From IMG/VR virus record IMGVR_UViG_3300002143_000172, positions 95,171 to 159,170 of that record: DNA of 64,000 nt; one strand, 5' to 3'. Below are positions 56,857 to 64,000 of this stretch, in pieces. Under the pieces are notes generated by a model. That model saw only the letters and a program-made list of their open reading frames with translations. It searched no databases and was not told the origin of the DNA. Every line of letters begins with the position of its first letter. The stretch's first letter is position 1. The position numbers and the translations under genes were made by a program. Origin of the DNA: a virus.

Positions 56857-57591
56857 TTGAAGAAATTGGCTAACAACAAGCGTCTTGGTATTATACAAAG
56901 CAGGGGTCTGGGCGATCTAGTCATAGCCCTACCCATAGCGGGTCACTATAGGGATGAGGGTTGGGACATCTATTGGCCCATCCTGGATGAATTCATGCCC
57001 AGTATGCAGGCCCTAGCACCCTGGGTCAAATGGATACCCTTGCCCTATGATGCTCCGGGTCGTTATTTCTACGATGTGGCCATGGAGAGACTCAAAAACT
57101 TCAAGTGCCTTGAGATCATGCCCCTATACCAACATCTAACGGGCCACAAGTTCAACGAAGAAAAGTACTTTCAATTTACCAGCTTTGATCAATACAAGTA
57201 CATCAAGGCCGGGGTCCCATTCCTGAGCAAATGGCGGCTGGCTGAGTATATCACCCGTCGCCCCCTACAAGAGCAGGCGCTCAAAACAGCCCTGGGTATC
57301 CAAGACAACGAGGCCTATGTGGTCGTACACCTAGAGGGTAGCGATCACAAGGCCCAATGGGATCCCAGTATAGTACCCCAGGACATGAGGGTCATCGAGA
57401 TCAAGAACACACCCCCGTACCTAGTGGGTGATTGGTTGGGTGTAATCGAGGGTGCCCAAAGTCTAGTCATGGTGGACAGTGTCTACGCCAATCTAGTGGA
57501 TCAACTCAACCTGGGTGAAGATCGTTACTTTATCCAAAGGTCACACATGGGCCTAACACCCGTACAGGGTCAACATTGGTATTGGTTGTAG
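56857..57591 (+). CDS. GT9 (heptosyltransferase)-like protein
   Basis: RGLGDLVIALP; YVVVH; VMVDSVYANL. Confidence 0.6.
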   Translation: MKKLANNKRLGIIQSRGLGDLVIALPIAGHYRDEGWDIYWPILDEFMPSMQALAPWVKWIPLPYDAPGRYFYDVAMERLKNFKCLEIMPLYQHLTGHKFNEEKYFQFTSFDQYKYIKAGVPFLSKWRLAEYITRRPLQEQALKTALGIQDNEAYVVVHLEGSDHKAQWDPSIVPQDMRVIEIKNTPPYLVGDWLGVIEGAQSLVMVDSVYANLVDQLNLGEDRYFIQRSHMGLTPVQGQHWYWL

Positions 57592-57610
57592 CAGTGTAAA
57601 TATACACACT

Positions 57611-57829
57611 ATGAGCAGATCAAATCCCAGAGAACAAGAACTCAAACTACTGATCGAGAAGATGCTGGTCAAGTGCTGCCCCTATCACGATGATCCAAAC
57701 AGACGCATGCCCCTAGCTTGGGCAGTCGTGGTGTTAACCAATCTGCTCAGTTATTCGGCCAGTGACCAATACCTAGTCCGCCGCCACATAGAAGATATGA
57801 TCGAGCAAGCAGAGCGGGGCCGCCGTTAG
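57611..57829 (+). CDS. Hypothetical protein
   Basis: 72 aa; TAAATA 8 nt upstream. Confidence 0.5.
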   Translation: MSRSNPREQELKLLIEKMLVKCCPYHDDPNRRMPLAWAVVVLTNLLSYSASDQYLVRRHIEDMIEQAERGRR

Positions 57830-57841
57830 GCTCGTTTGCTC

Positions 57842-58006
57842 TCATCGTTTATTCTCTGGTTGCGTGGGTATGCATACACTCTTTAATTTACTGTCCTGTA
57901 ATTCTTTCACGGCCTGCTTACAAACCGCTTCATCTTTGTAAGTGGCCAGATAAGTCAGTGTGGGATTTAACTGTCCCCATATCAAGAACAGAACCCACAG
58001 GGTCAC
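57842..58006 (-). CDS. Small exported or membrane protein (54 aa)
   Basis: Read manually: MTLWVLFLIWG...C...CIP; GTGA overlap with upstream gene. Confidence 0.5.
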   Translation of the reverse strand: MTLWVLFLIWGQLNPTLTYLATYKDEAVCKQAVKELQDSKLKSVCIPTQPENKR

Positions 58007-58203
58007 TCTAGATAACCCGTTTGAGAGTAGAGTTGCGCCCCACCCGTGCTGTCCAAAATCAACTCCCCGGATAGCTCGGCCGCGGCCATAAACTTGCCCT
58101 GCCCCACTGATTTACCATTGAACAATACAGCCCTAATCACCCGTCCATCTAACTTACGCAGCCGCTGAGTAGTCTTTTCTTTACTGCTTTTGGGTGCTGC
58201 CAT
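58003..58203 (-). CDS. Hypothetical protein
   Basis: ORF MAAPKSSKEK... Confidence 0.55.
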   Translation of the reverse strand: MAAPKSSKEKTTQRLRKLDGRVIRAVLFNGKSVGQGKFMAAAELSGELILDSTGGAQLYSQTGYLE

Positions 58204-58299
58204 GATATTATTCCACACTCCTATATATGATTAACCACACACACACTAGGTTAATATTTACCAAAAACATGACTGCGAAGCAGGATAGCGGTAAAATTT

Positions 58300-58803
58300 T
58301 TATAACATTGGTTTGTCTACGTTAACCGAGATAGATATCCGATCAGCGGTGCCAGTGTTTATTCCAGCTCGATGATATGTATCTTTTGAAAATAACAGCC
58401 ATGTTCCAGTTTCACAATGGTGTTTAATCCATTCATTATTAATACGAATCTCTAACGGAGGATGGCTGGTATTGCAATTAACATAGTATACAAAAACGCT
58501 ATGTCCCGATCTATCATGATGATGTGCTTTCATGACGCCGCCCTTTAATGTTATATTATACCAACTAATCATTATCCGTTTTGGATCTATCAAAGTTTTT
58601 AAATGATCCATTACTTGACTAAATTCCGGCCAGAGGTGCGGGTTAGCAAGGGGATTTTGCCAAGCATCTACATGGGAATCTATAACGTCCACAAAATTCC
58701 AATTTAGATTTTTATGATATCTGGCAATTTTTTTATCAGTAGAAGTATCAAGGCATCTTTTCATTAATGCCGAATTGTCTATATTAAGTTTTCCCGTTAA
58801 CAT
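58300..58803 (-). CDS. 2OG-Fe(II) oxygenase-like protein
   Basis: SWYNI, HHHD, VYYV, LLF...YH, RISISVN. Confidence 0.8.
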   Translation of the reverse strand: MLTGKLNIDNSALMKRCLDTSTDKKIARYHKNLNWNFVDVIDSHVDAWQNPLANPHLWPEFSQVMDHLKTLIDPKRIMISWYNITLKGGVMKAHHHDRSGHSVFVYYVNCNTSHPPLEIRINNEWIKHHCETGTWLLFSKDTYHRAGINTGTADRISISVNVDKPML

Positions 58804-59076
58804 CCAATTATTTATATACAGGCCTTAAAACTCAAGTGCGGCACACACACACACTGGCATCAAAAAATTTACAAGTAATAGTCTAGTCTGCGTTACTATA
58901 GTATAGATCTCTACCGCCCGGTAATAGAACCAAACTAACTCGATCTTCGCGTATATAAAAGCGTATTCCACCAGCAGGTAATGCAGAACACCAAAGAGCA
59001 TTTAACCAGATAGTTTCTCTAATATCTAGGTCTTCTAACCAGCAGTCATAACATAGTACATGCATACAGTATAGTT

Positions 59077-59206
59077 ATACACAATACCCCGCTATAGCCG
59101 ATCACTGGATTTAGCCTATATACAAATACCCCGCTATGTAGGGAACAGCCCAGAGCCAGCGGGATACAGTGTACGTGTGTATATACAAATACCCCGCTAT
59201 GTAGGG
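59077..59206. repeat. Direct repeats: two exact 27-mers plus one partial copy
   Basis: TATATACAAATACCCCGCTATGTAGGG at 59117-59143 and 59180-59206; AATACCCCGCTAT at 59083-59095. Confidence 0.9.
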
Positions 59207-59466
59207 TCGAGCACTGTGTCGGCTCGCAGTTCGACGGCCTGCGCTGGTGAACTGAAAACAGTGGGACCACCTTGGTTTGGGTGGGAGGTATGTGGGAAGA
59301 TTGGAGAAGTTGGGGGAAAGTATTTGACTATAACCTCTCATCCCCACCCTCTCCATCGTGCGCCGCACCCTAGAATCCACCGTGAATCCACCCTAGAAAA
59401 GCCTCAAAATGGCGCCACTCTCGGCCATTTTGGCCCCATTCTGAAGCCATTTTGGCCCCTTTTTGG

Positions 59467-59496
59467 TTGACTTTTTTACCATGATTCTGCTATACT
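59467..59496 (+). promoter_or_regulatory. Sigma70-type promoter with no downstream ORF
   Basis: TTGACT-18-TATACT, extended -10 TGC. Confidence 0.65.
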
Positions 59497-59542
59497 GCTA
59501 GTGTGTGCTAGTGTGTGCTAGTGTGCTAGTGTGCTAGTGTGT
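59496..59542. repeat. Tandem TGCTAGTG(TG) x5 microsatellite
   Basis: Seen directly. Confidence 0.9.
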
Positions 59543-59888
59543 ATCAACGATGAGATCGCTACACCGGGGTATTCAAGGATTAGCCAAAATCCAAAGAAGA
59601 TACCTAGACTCGAGACTATATAGTATATAAACCGTAATGGTTGGACTATCCATGCGGGCTCGGCAGGCTTCTTACCAGGCTTCAATGCCGAGGTCCAATT
59701 GGTGAGTAAGGTTATAGACCTGCGTATCCAGCTGTGAAGGATCGACCGTGTGGTAAGCGGTTAAGGCTAATGGAAACGCCCAACAGGAACAAGATCCACG
59801 GGCCGGAGTCATGATACTTGCTGACGCTCCGGACTGATCGTGCCCAGAATGTATATACAGCGAGTATATACACTGGGCATCGTCTTTT
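59500..59888 (+). ncRNA. Candidate large structured ncRNA (~390 nt)
   Basis: Promoter upstream, no ORF of 60 aa or more, at least 8 stems, two loop-mediated long-range pairings, terminal long hairpin plus T tract. Confidence 0.6.
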
Positions 59889-59889
59889 A

Positions 59890-60126
59890 TTAATATGCTT
59901 CTACAGTATCTGTTCTTAATGTATCTTTTGCGCGGGCTATTGCTCGATTGATATTATACTCGATATATTCTCTAGTATCTGAACAGTTGGCTATATCCCC
60001 TGTTATTAACGCGGTGTTTTTAACAGTGATGCGATTATAAGCGTCGAAAGTAAATTGAACGCGAATAGTATTGTTTTTAGTTTTGACTATTTTATAGAAT
60101 AATTTGCAGTTTGTTTGCACGTTCAT
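59890..60126 (-). CDS. Small early protein
   Basis: 78 aa; GGAG RBS; own promoter TTGACA-17-TATTAT at 60152-60180. Confidence 0.7.
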   Translation of the reverse strand: MNVQTNCKLFYKIVKTKNNTIRVQFTFDAYNRITVKNTALITGDIANCSDTREYIEYNINRAIARAKDTLRTDTVEAY

Positions 60127-60304
60127 CGCTCCGTTTTGTTAGTGTATGTGTATAATAACATCTCTTTTACCATTTGTCAAGCGGTCATTTGATAGTTGAC
60201 TAGTCAGTAGGGTCTTTGCGGAGTGCCGGGTGTGTGGCTAAAATACAACACTTTATTTTAGAAAAATGGTTGACAGAGTGGTAAAACCTTGCTATAATAC
60301 TGAC

Positions 60305-60655
60305 ATGGACACAAAGAACACACCCCGTAAAAAGCGAGTCGATCGCAATCACATCATATACGAGCTTCGTGTCAACGGACTCAACTATATAGGCGTGACT
60401 GCTAAGACTGAAGCCACTGTATTGAAGAGCGTCCGGGCCCGTGCCGCAAAGCATTTTTATCGTGCTAAGACAGAGACTAAGAACTGGCTTCTGTGTGCAG
60501 AGCTCCGCAAGCTCAATTCAAAAGATGAGATAGAGATCGTTATACATGAGATCGTTCGCGGCAAGGCTCCCGCCCACAAGCGAGAAGTTGAGATACGCCG
60601 AATGGTTAAACCCGTTTTGAACACTGACACTAGAGGAGATCAACATGCAGACTAA
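60305..60655 (+). CDS. GIY-YIG-like nuclease-domain protein
   Basis: HIIY...NYIGVT...R...H...E; ATG 6 nt after the -10 box. Confidence 0.6.
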   Translation: MDTKNTPRKKRVDRNHIIYELRVNGLNYIGVTAKTEATVLKSVRARAAKHFYRAKTETKNWLLCAELRKLNSKDEIEIVIHEIVRGKAPAHKREVEIRRMVKPVLNTDTRGDQHAD

Positions 60656-60971
60656 AGAACTCATGACCAGCGAAGCACCGAGCAAATGGTGGGCCGCGCA
60701 GGATGCTCGTATGCGGAACATGGCTAACAAGAGCCGCTACCCTGCCAGCACTCGTTTGCAAGTAGAACGCATGATGCTGGTCATGGATATGGTCTACTCC
60801 TGCAAGCAGGTCTACGATGCTTTTGGCAAGACTGGTATCAGCATCAAGATCGACGGTGCTTGGTGCAAGGACAAGCCCACGCTCAAGAGCTTGGAAGAAG
60901 CTTGGACCCTGCAGGGATGGGTTAAAAAGATCACTCCGCAGGGTGTCATTTATCGGTTGACAAATAGGTAA
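60645..60971 (+). CDS. Hypothetical early protein
   Basis: 108 aa; GAGGAG RBS. Confidence 0.7.
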   Translation: MQTKELMTSEAPSKWWAAQDARMRNMANKSRYPASTRLQVERMMLVMDMVYSCKQVYDAFGKTGISIKIDGAWCKDKPTLKSLEEAWTLQGWVKKITPQGVIYRLTNR

Positions 60972-61014
60972 AACCTTGTTATAATCATTGCACACACTAA
61001 CAAAAGGAGCAGAT

Positions 61015-61299
61015 ATGTTTCGTACAGACAACCAACAAGAACTCGCAGATCAGTTCACTACTATGATCAAAGATCAGGACGCTCAGTTCGTAGCGGGCTA
61101 TGCCGTGCAGATGGCCACTGACATGCTGAACTTGCTACCCAAACGCAAGCAGAAAGAGTTCATCAAGAACATCAAGACCTTCAACGATCGTCAGATCATT
61201 ACTGTGAAGAACCTGCTCAGCGGTATGGATGTTGAGATCCGCAGAGGCGATCGCGGCTCTTGCTGTGATCCTAGCACAGAACGATACCACTCAATGTAA
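61015..61299 (+). CDS. Hypothetical early protein
   Basis: Start reset to the ATG after AAGGAG; terminal SCCDPSTERYHSM. Confidence 0.7.
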   Translation: MFRTDNQQELADQFTTMIKDQDAQFVAGYAVQMATDMLNLLPKRKQKEFIKNIKTFNDRQIITVKNLLSGMDVEIRRGDRGSCCDPSTERYHSM

Positions 61300-61357
61300 G
61301 GTTGACAGGGCCTAAGAACCCTGTTATAATACACACTTACACACTAAGGAGCAGACG

Positions 61358-61675
61358 ATGGCAGTAGCAACAATCCGGTTAGCACCTTCCGAACTCATGG
61401 GCGAGTTCTACTTTCAACGCGAGTTCGCACAGAGCATCGCACTCCGCAACCTTGCCCAGTATACCGTTGCAGGCAGCATGGGCATCCCAGGACTAGAGGG
61501 CGAAGCAGTGGCAGAGGAAGTGTTTGACCTTACCAACAACCCCGGCCGCCAGGATGAACGCGAAGAACTCTACGGTCGGGGTCGTAGTGTAAGCGTGGGC
61601 GACATTGTTGATGTGGATGGCAGGATGTTTCTGTGTGCCGCAACCGGCTGGAACGAATTGGAGCATGTAATATGA
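61358..61675 (+). CDS. Hypothetical early protein (YodL-like RSVSVGDIV motif)
   Basis: F...N...GRSVSVGDIV.V.G...C...GW. Confidence 0.65.
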   Translation: MAVATIRLAPSELMGEFYFQREFAQSIALRNLAQYTVAGSMGIPGLEGEAVAEEVFDLTNNPGRQDEREELYGRGRSVSVGDIVDVDGRMFLCAATGWNELEHVI

Positions 61676-61944
61676 GAACACCACAAGTGCCGGCTCTGGC
61701 GGGGATGACTCCGTTAGGGCTTCCTGAAGCAACGAAGCAGGTCCATGTCTACGAAGAGACTACACATTGGGAGCAGGTCTCTTGCTCGGATAACTGCAAT
61801 CATGTCTATGTGTTCACAGAGAAGCCCACAGGTCGCAGTGCCACGGTAGTAGCCTATGTCAAGCGGGGCACCACAGAGCTCTTCCGCTTTGGAGGTCTGC
61901 GTAAGATCGATCTAAAGGGCAGGACTTTTAAGCCCTTAAATTAG
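61672..61944 (+). CDS. Hypothetical early protein
   Basis: ATGA overlap; GGAG RBS. Confidence 0.6.
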   Translation: MRTPQVPALAGMTPLGLPEATKQVHVYEETTHWEQVSCSDNCNHVYVFTEKPTGRSATVVAYVKRGTTELFRFGGLRKIDLKGRTFKPLN

Positions 61945-62008
61945 GGGTTGACAGGTTGGTAAAACCTGTGTATAATTAAGACTTACACACACTAAACAGG
62001 AGCGAAAA

Positions 62009-62335
62009 ATGGAACAAGCAATAGTCAACGCTGTAGTAGCAGAAGCCCAACAAGCCGCCGCGAAAGCCGCATTTGAGCACATTGCCAAGCATGGCGAAGA
62101 TTGGTACTGCGGCTTTGCATGGGTTACGGTCTACGAAAAGGGATCGACCAAATTGGGTCGCGCACTGCTCAAGTCGGGCTTCACCAAAGCCTACGGCGGC
62201 GGTCTCCAGATGTGGAACCCAAGTGGACACGGTACCCAGAGCATGTCAGTCAAAGAAGCGGGTGCCTATGCCGCCGCAGAGGTGTTGACGCAGAAGCTGG
62301 GTGTGAAAGCCTACGCTGGCGGACGAGCAGACTGA
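62009..62335 (+). CDS. Hypothetical early protein
   Basis: 108 aa; CGFAWV...KEAGA.A motif; AGGAG RBS. Confidence 0.75.
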   Translation: MEQAIVNAVVAEAQQAAAKAAFEHIAKHGEDWYCGFAWVTVYEKGSTKLGRALLKSGFTKAYGGGLQMWNPSGHGTQSMSVKEAGAYAAAEVLTQKLGVKAYAGGRAD

Positions 62336-62410
62336 TTGGTAAAGAGGGGTTGACAGCCCCTCTTGTTCGTGCTATAATACACACATACACTAGCAAACAA
62401 GGAGCACTAT

Positions 62411-62659
62411 ATGACACGCGAATACACTATGAAGCTGTTGAACATGATGGACGAGGGTTTGATCTCTGCAAAGGATGTGGCAGAGATGGCTCTTGGTTAC
62501 ATGTCCGAGGATGATGTTGAAGACATGATGCGAAGCAACGACATCCTGGATGAGGACGAAGATGAGCCCGACTGCGATGACAGTGATGACGGCTATGCTT
62601 TGGCCAGTGCCGGGTTCGGTACTGACGAAGACTACGGCTCTGCAGAGGACACACTATAA
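62411..62659 (+). CDS. Highly acidic small early protein
   Basis: Asp/Glu-rich; ALASAGFGTDEDYG tail. Confidence 0.7.
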   Translation: MTREYTMKLLNMMDEGLISAKDVAEMALGYMSEDDVEDMMRSNDILDEDEDEPDCDDSDDGYALASAGFGTDEDYGSAEDTL

Positions 62660-63036
62660 TGAGAGACTACGACACACTGGCTGAATTTGAACGGGACGGC
62701 TATGAGATCATCGTTGATAAGACCTACGAAGACATGCACCCCGGCGACAGCTTCGATGATAGCTGTCACGACATCAAAGAGATCTGCGAGGACATCGATT
62801 GCGGGAACCTCGACTGGTTCATGCTCCGGGTCCGGGTACTTGTTGAAGGACACGAGCTCGCGTCAGAGTACCTCGGGGGATGCTTATACGAGAACGCCCT
62901 TGATGTCCTTACTGACGGGGTTGCCGAAGACCTCATCTATTCTGCGATGATGGATGCTAAGACGCAGGTCTATCGACTGAGCCGCAAGTTCACAGAGTTG
63001 AGCTATGCTGTGGACGCTGAAGGCATTAATGCATGA
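62659..63036 (+). CDS. Acidic hypothetical early protein
   Basis: 125 aa; TAATG coupling; YLGGC.Y motif. Confidence 0.7.
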   Translation: MRDYDTLAEFERDGYEIIVDKTYEDMHPGDSFDDSCHDIKEICEDIDCGNLDWFMLRVRVLVEGHELASEYLGGCLYENALDVLTDGVAEDLIYSAMMDAKTQVYRLSRKFTELSYAVDAEGINA

Positions 63037-63269
63037 GCTATAAAAAGACTGACGAAGTACTACAGTGGACGGGTACAGTGTTCATCTTGGTGATGTATGC
63101 TTTGATGAACTTCTTTCCAGAGAGCCGGCCGTGGAACATTATAACAGGACTCGGGGGTGCCATCTGCTTCTTCACTTGGTCATATCGAGTGGCTAACCGA
63201 CAGCAGATGATCATCAACGGTGTAGCAATAGCCCTATGCTGTCTAGGGTTATACAAAGTCTGGGGTTGA
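63033..63269 (+). CDS. Small membrane protein (3 TM)
   Basis: Three hydrophobic segments; ATGA overlap. Confidence 0.7.
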   Translation: MSYKKTDEVLQWTGTVFILVMYALMNFFPESRPWNIITGLGGAICFFTWSYRVANRQQMIINGVAIALCCLGLYKVWG

Positions 63270-63320
63270 CAGATGGTAAAACCGGTGTTATAATTAACAC
63301 TTACACACTAAGGAGCAGAT

Positions 63321-63605
63321 ATGAACATTAGTCAAATCAATACCGCAATCATCAACGGCGTGTTCAGCAATGATGAGCTGACCAGCATCACCGATGCTGT
63401 TAAGTATGCTCGTTCACGCATCCAGAAGAACAACATCCGCTCTCTGCGAGTTGGCGATTCAGTTAACTGGGACAGTACCAAGACCGGAATGAACACCACG
63501 GGCACCGTGATGAAGATCGCGCAGAAGTATGTGACTGTTCAGACTGTGCGGGGCTTGTGGCGGGTTCCTGCGAACATGCTGACTAAGGTTGGAGAGTTTG
63601 CGTAA
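63321..63605 (+). CDS. Hypothetical early protein with SH3-like C-terminus
   Basis: LRVGDSV...GTVMKI..K.VTV...WRVPANML. Confidence 0.7.
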   Translation: MNISQINTAIINGVFSNDELTSITDAVKYARSRIQKNNIRSLRVGDSVNWDSTKTGMNTTGTVMKIAQKYVTVQTVRGLWRVPANMLTKVGEFA

Positions 63606-63784
63606 TGGTTGACAGCCAGTTTCGACTCTGGTGTCAACAGATGTGGTACGAGCATTGCGCTGAGGTAGAGGGGTGGACTGGTCGTAGTCCTAACTACCTC
63701 AGCGGTGAGTACTTTAGCAAGTACAAGTGGTGGCTGAAACGAGAGTTCCTGACTGTTGTGAAAAAACAACAAACTAGGGGTTGA
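63605..63784 (+). CDS. Small Trp-rich protein (59 aa)
   Basis: Read manually: MVDSQFRLWCQQMWYEH...YFSKYKWWLKREF; TAATG coupling. Confidence 0.6.
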   Translation: MVDSQFRLWCQQMWYEHCAEVEGWTGRSPNYLSGEYFSKYKWWLKREFLTVVKKQQTRG

Positions 63785-63835
63785 CAAACTGGTAAAACCT
63801 TGCTATAATTAACGCTTACACACTAAGGAGCTGAT

Positions 63836-64000
63836 ATGAAAGTAAGTCAATTAATCGAAGAGTTGGGCTTTATGAATCCGGATGCAGAGGTTCACTTTAG
63901 CTACAACTATGGTGACCACTGGCGCACAGAGGTGGCTCCTGCAGTCAGTCAGGTGTTCGAAGGCGTTGTAGAGTTTAGCGACTACCACCGCATGGACAAG
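63836..64000 (+). CDS. Hypothetical early protein, 5' part only
   Basis: MKVSQLIEELGFMNPDAEV...; AAGGAG RBS; runs off the window edge. Confidence 0.7.
   Translation, partial: MKVSQLIEELGFMNPDAEVHFSYNYGDHWRTEVAPAVSQVFEGVVEFSDYHRMDK

Larger units (their letters stand above)
60270..63830 (+). promoter_or_regulatory. Array of seven consensus early promoters (-35 at 60270, 60957, 61302, 61948, 62350, 63266, 63781)
   Basis: Each GG-TTGACA-17-TATAAT; five contain GGTAAAACC in the spacer; most followed by ACAC(A)CTAA..GGAGC leader. Confidence 0.92.

Noticed and set aside
59077-59206. CRISPR array call
   Set aside because: Only two full repeats, weak palindromy, irregular third unit and no cas operon in the window; kept as repeats only
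59219-59250. GTTCGA T-loop-like sequence suggesting a tRNA (also TTCGA near 63621)
   Set aside because: No cloverleaf, acceptor stem or CCA can be built around either
58883-59470. ORFs 58883..59065, 59046..59270, 59111..59380, 59177..59470
   Set aside because: Mutually overlapping, cross DNA repeats, no RBS; 58883..59065 might be a real or decayed gene but cannot be supported
59605-59630. GAGACTA..TAGT resembling group I intron R/S elements
   Set aside because: No properly spaced P7 partner and no interrupted host gene
60200-63787. Minus-strand and alternative-frame ORFs in the early region
   Set aside because: Promoters and RBSs all support the plus-strand set; higher GC lengthens shadow ORFs
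1-64000. Stop-codon reassignment
   Set aside because: Conserved genes translate full length in the standard code and end at all three stop codons

Overview
This is a 64 kb segment of a large, AT-rich, T4-like or jumbo dsDNA phage. The host is probably proteobacterial, inferred from the IscU/IscA/ErpA/ACP/IF-1 homologues and perfect sigma70 promoters. No rRNA, tRNA or convincing CRISPR array was found. From left to right: (1) nucleotide metabolism genes (P-loop kinase, glutaredoxin, class Ia nrdAB). (2) A late or virion block under TAAATA promoters, where many small proteins share an MR-x-x-E-(F/L) N-terminal tag, plus SOD, HAD phosphatase, a secreted nuclease and a collagen/YadA-repeat fibre. 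(3) HNH nuclease, IF-1, DNA ligase and an Fe-S assembly module (ACP-iscU-iscA-erpA) in which iscU is interrupted by a 340-aa intein at a ligand cysteine. (4) A tightly coupled ~23 kb operon of five radical SAM enzymes, NDP-sugar enzymes, a split ThDP enzyme, SGNH-like and glycosyltransferase-like paralogues. (5) An Ig-domain fibre, two GT9-like genes and an RNA ligase. (6) A ~1 kb non-coding switch region with direct repeats and a promoter-driven, multiply pseudoknotted ~390-nt candidate ncRNA. (7) An early region of small genes, most behind a near-identical TTGACA-17-TATAAT cassette. The best novelty candidates are the intein-gated IscU with its radical SAM client cluster, the large structured RNA at 59.5-59.9 kb, and a ~85-nt element at 17.36-17.45 kb containing pieces of conserved rRNA functional centres. 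All product calls come from motif recognition by eye; no searches were run.
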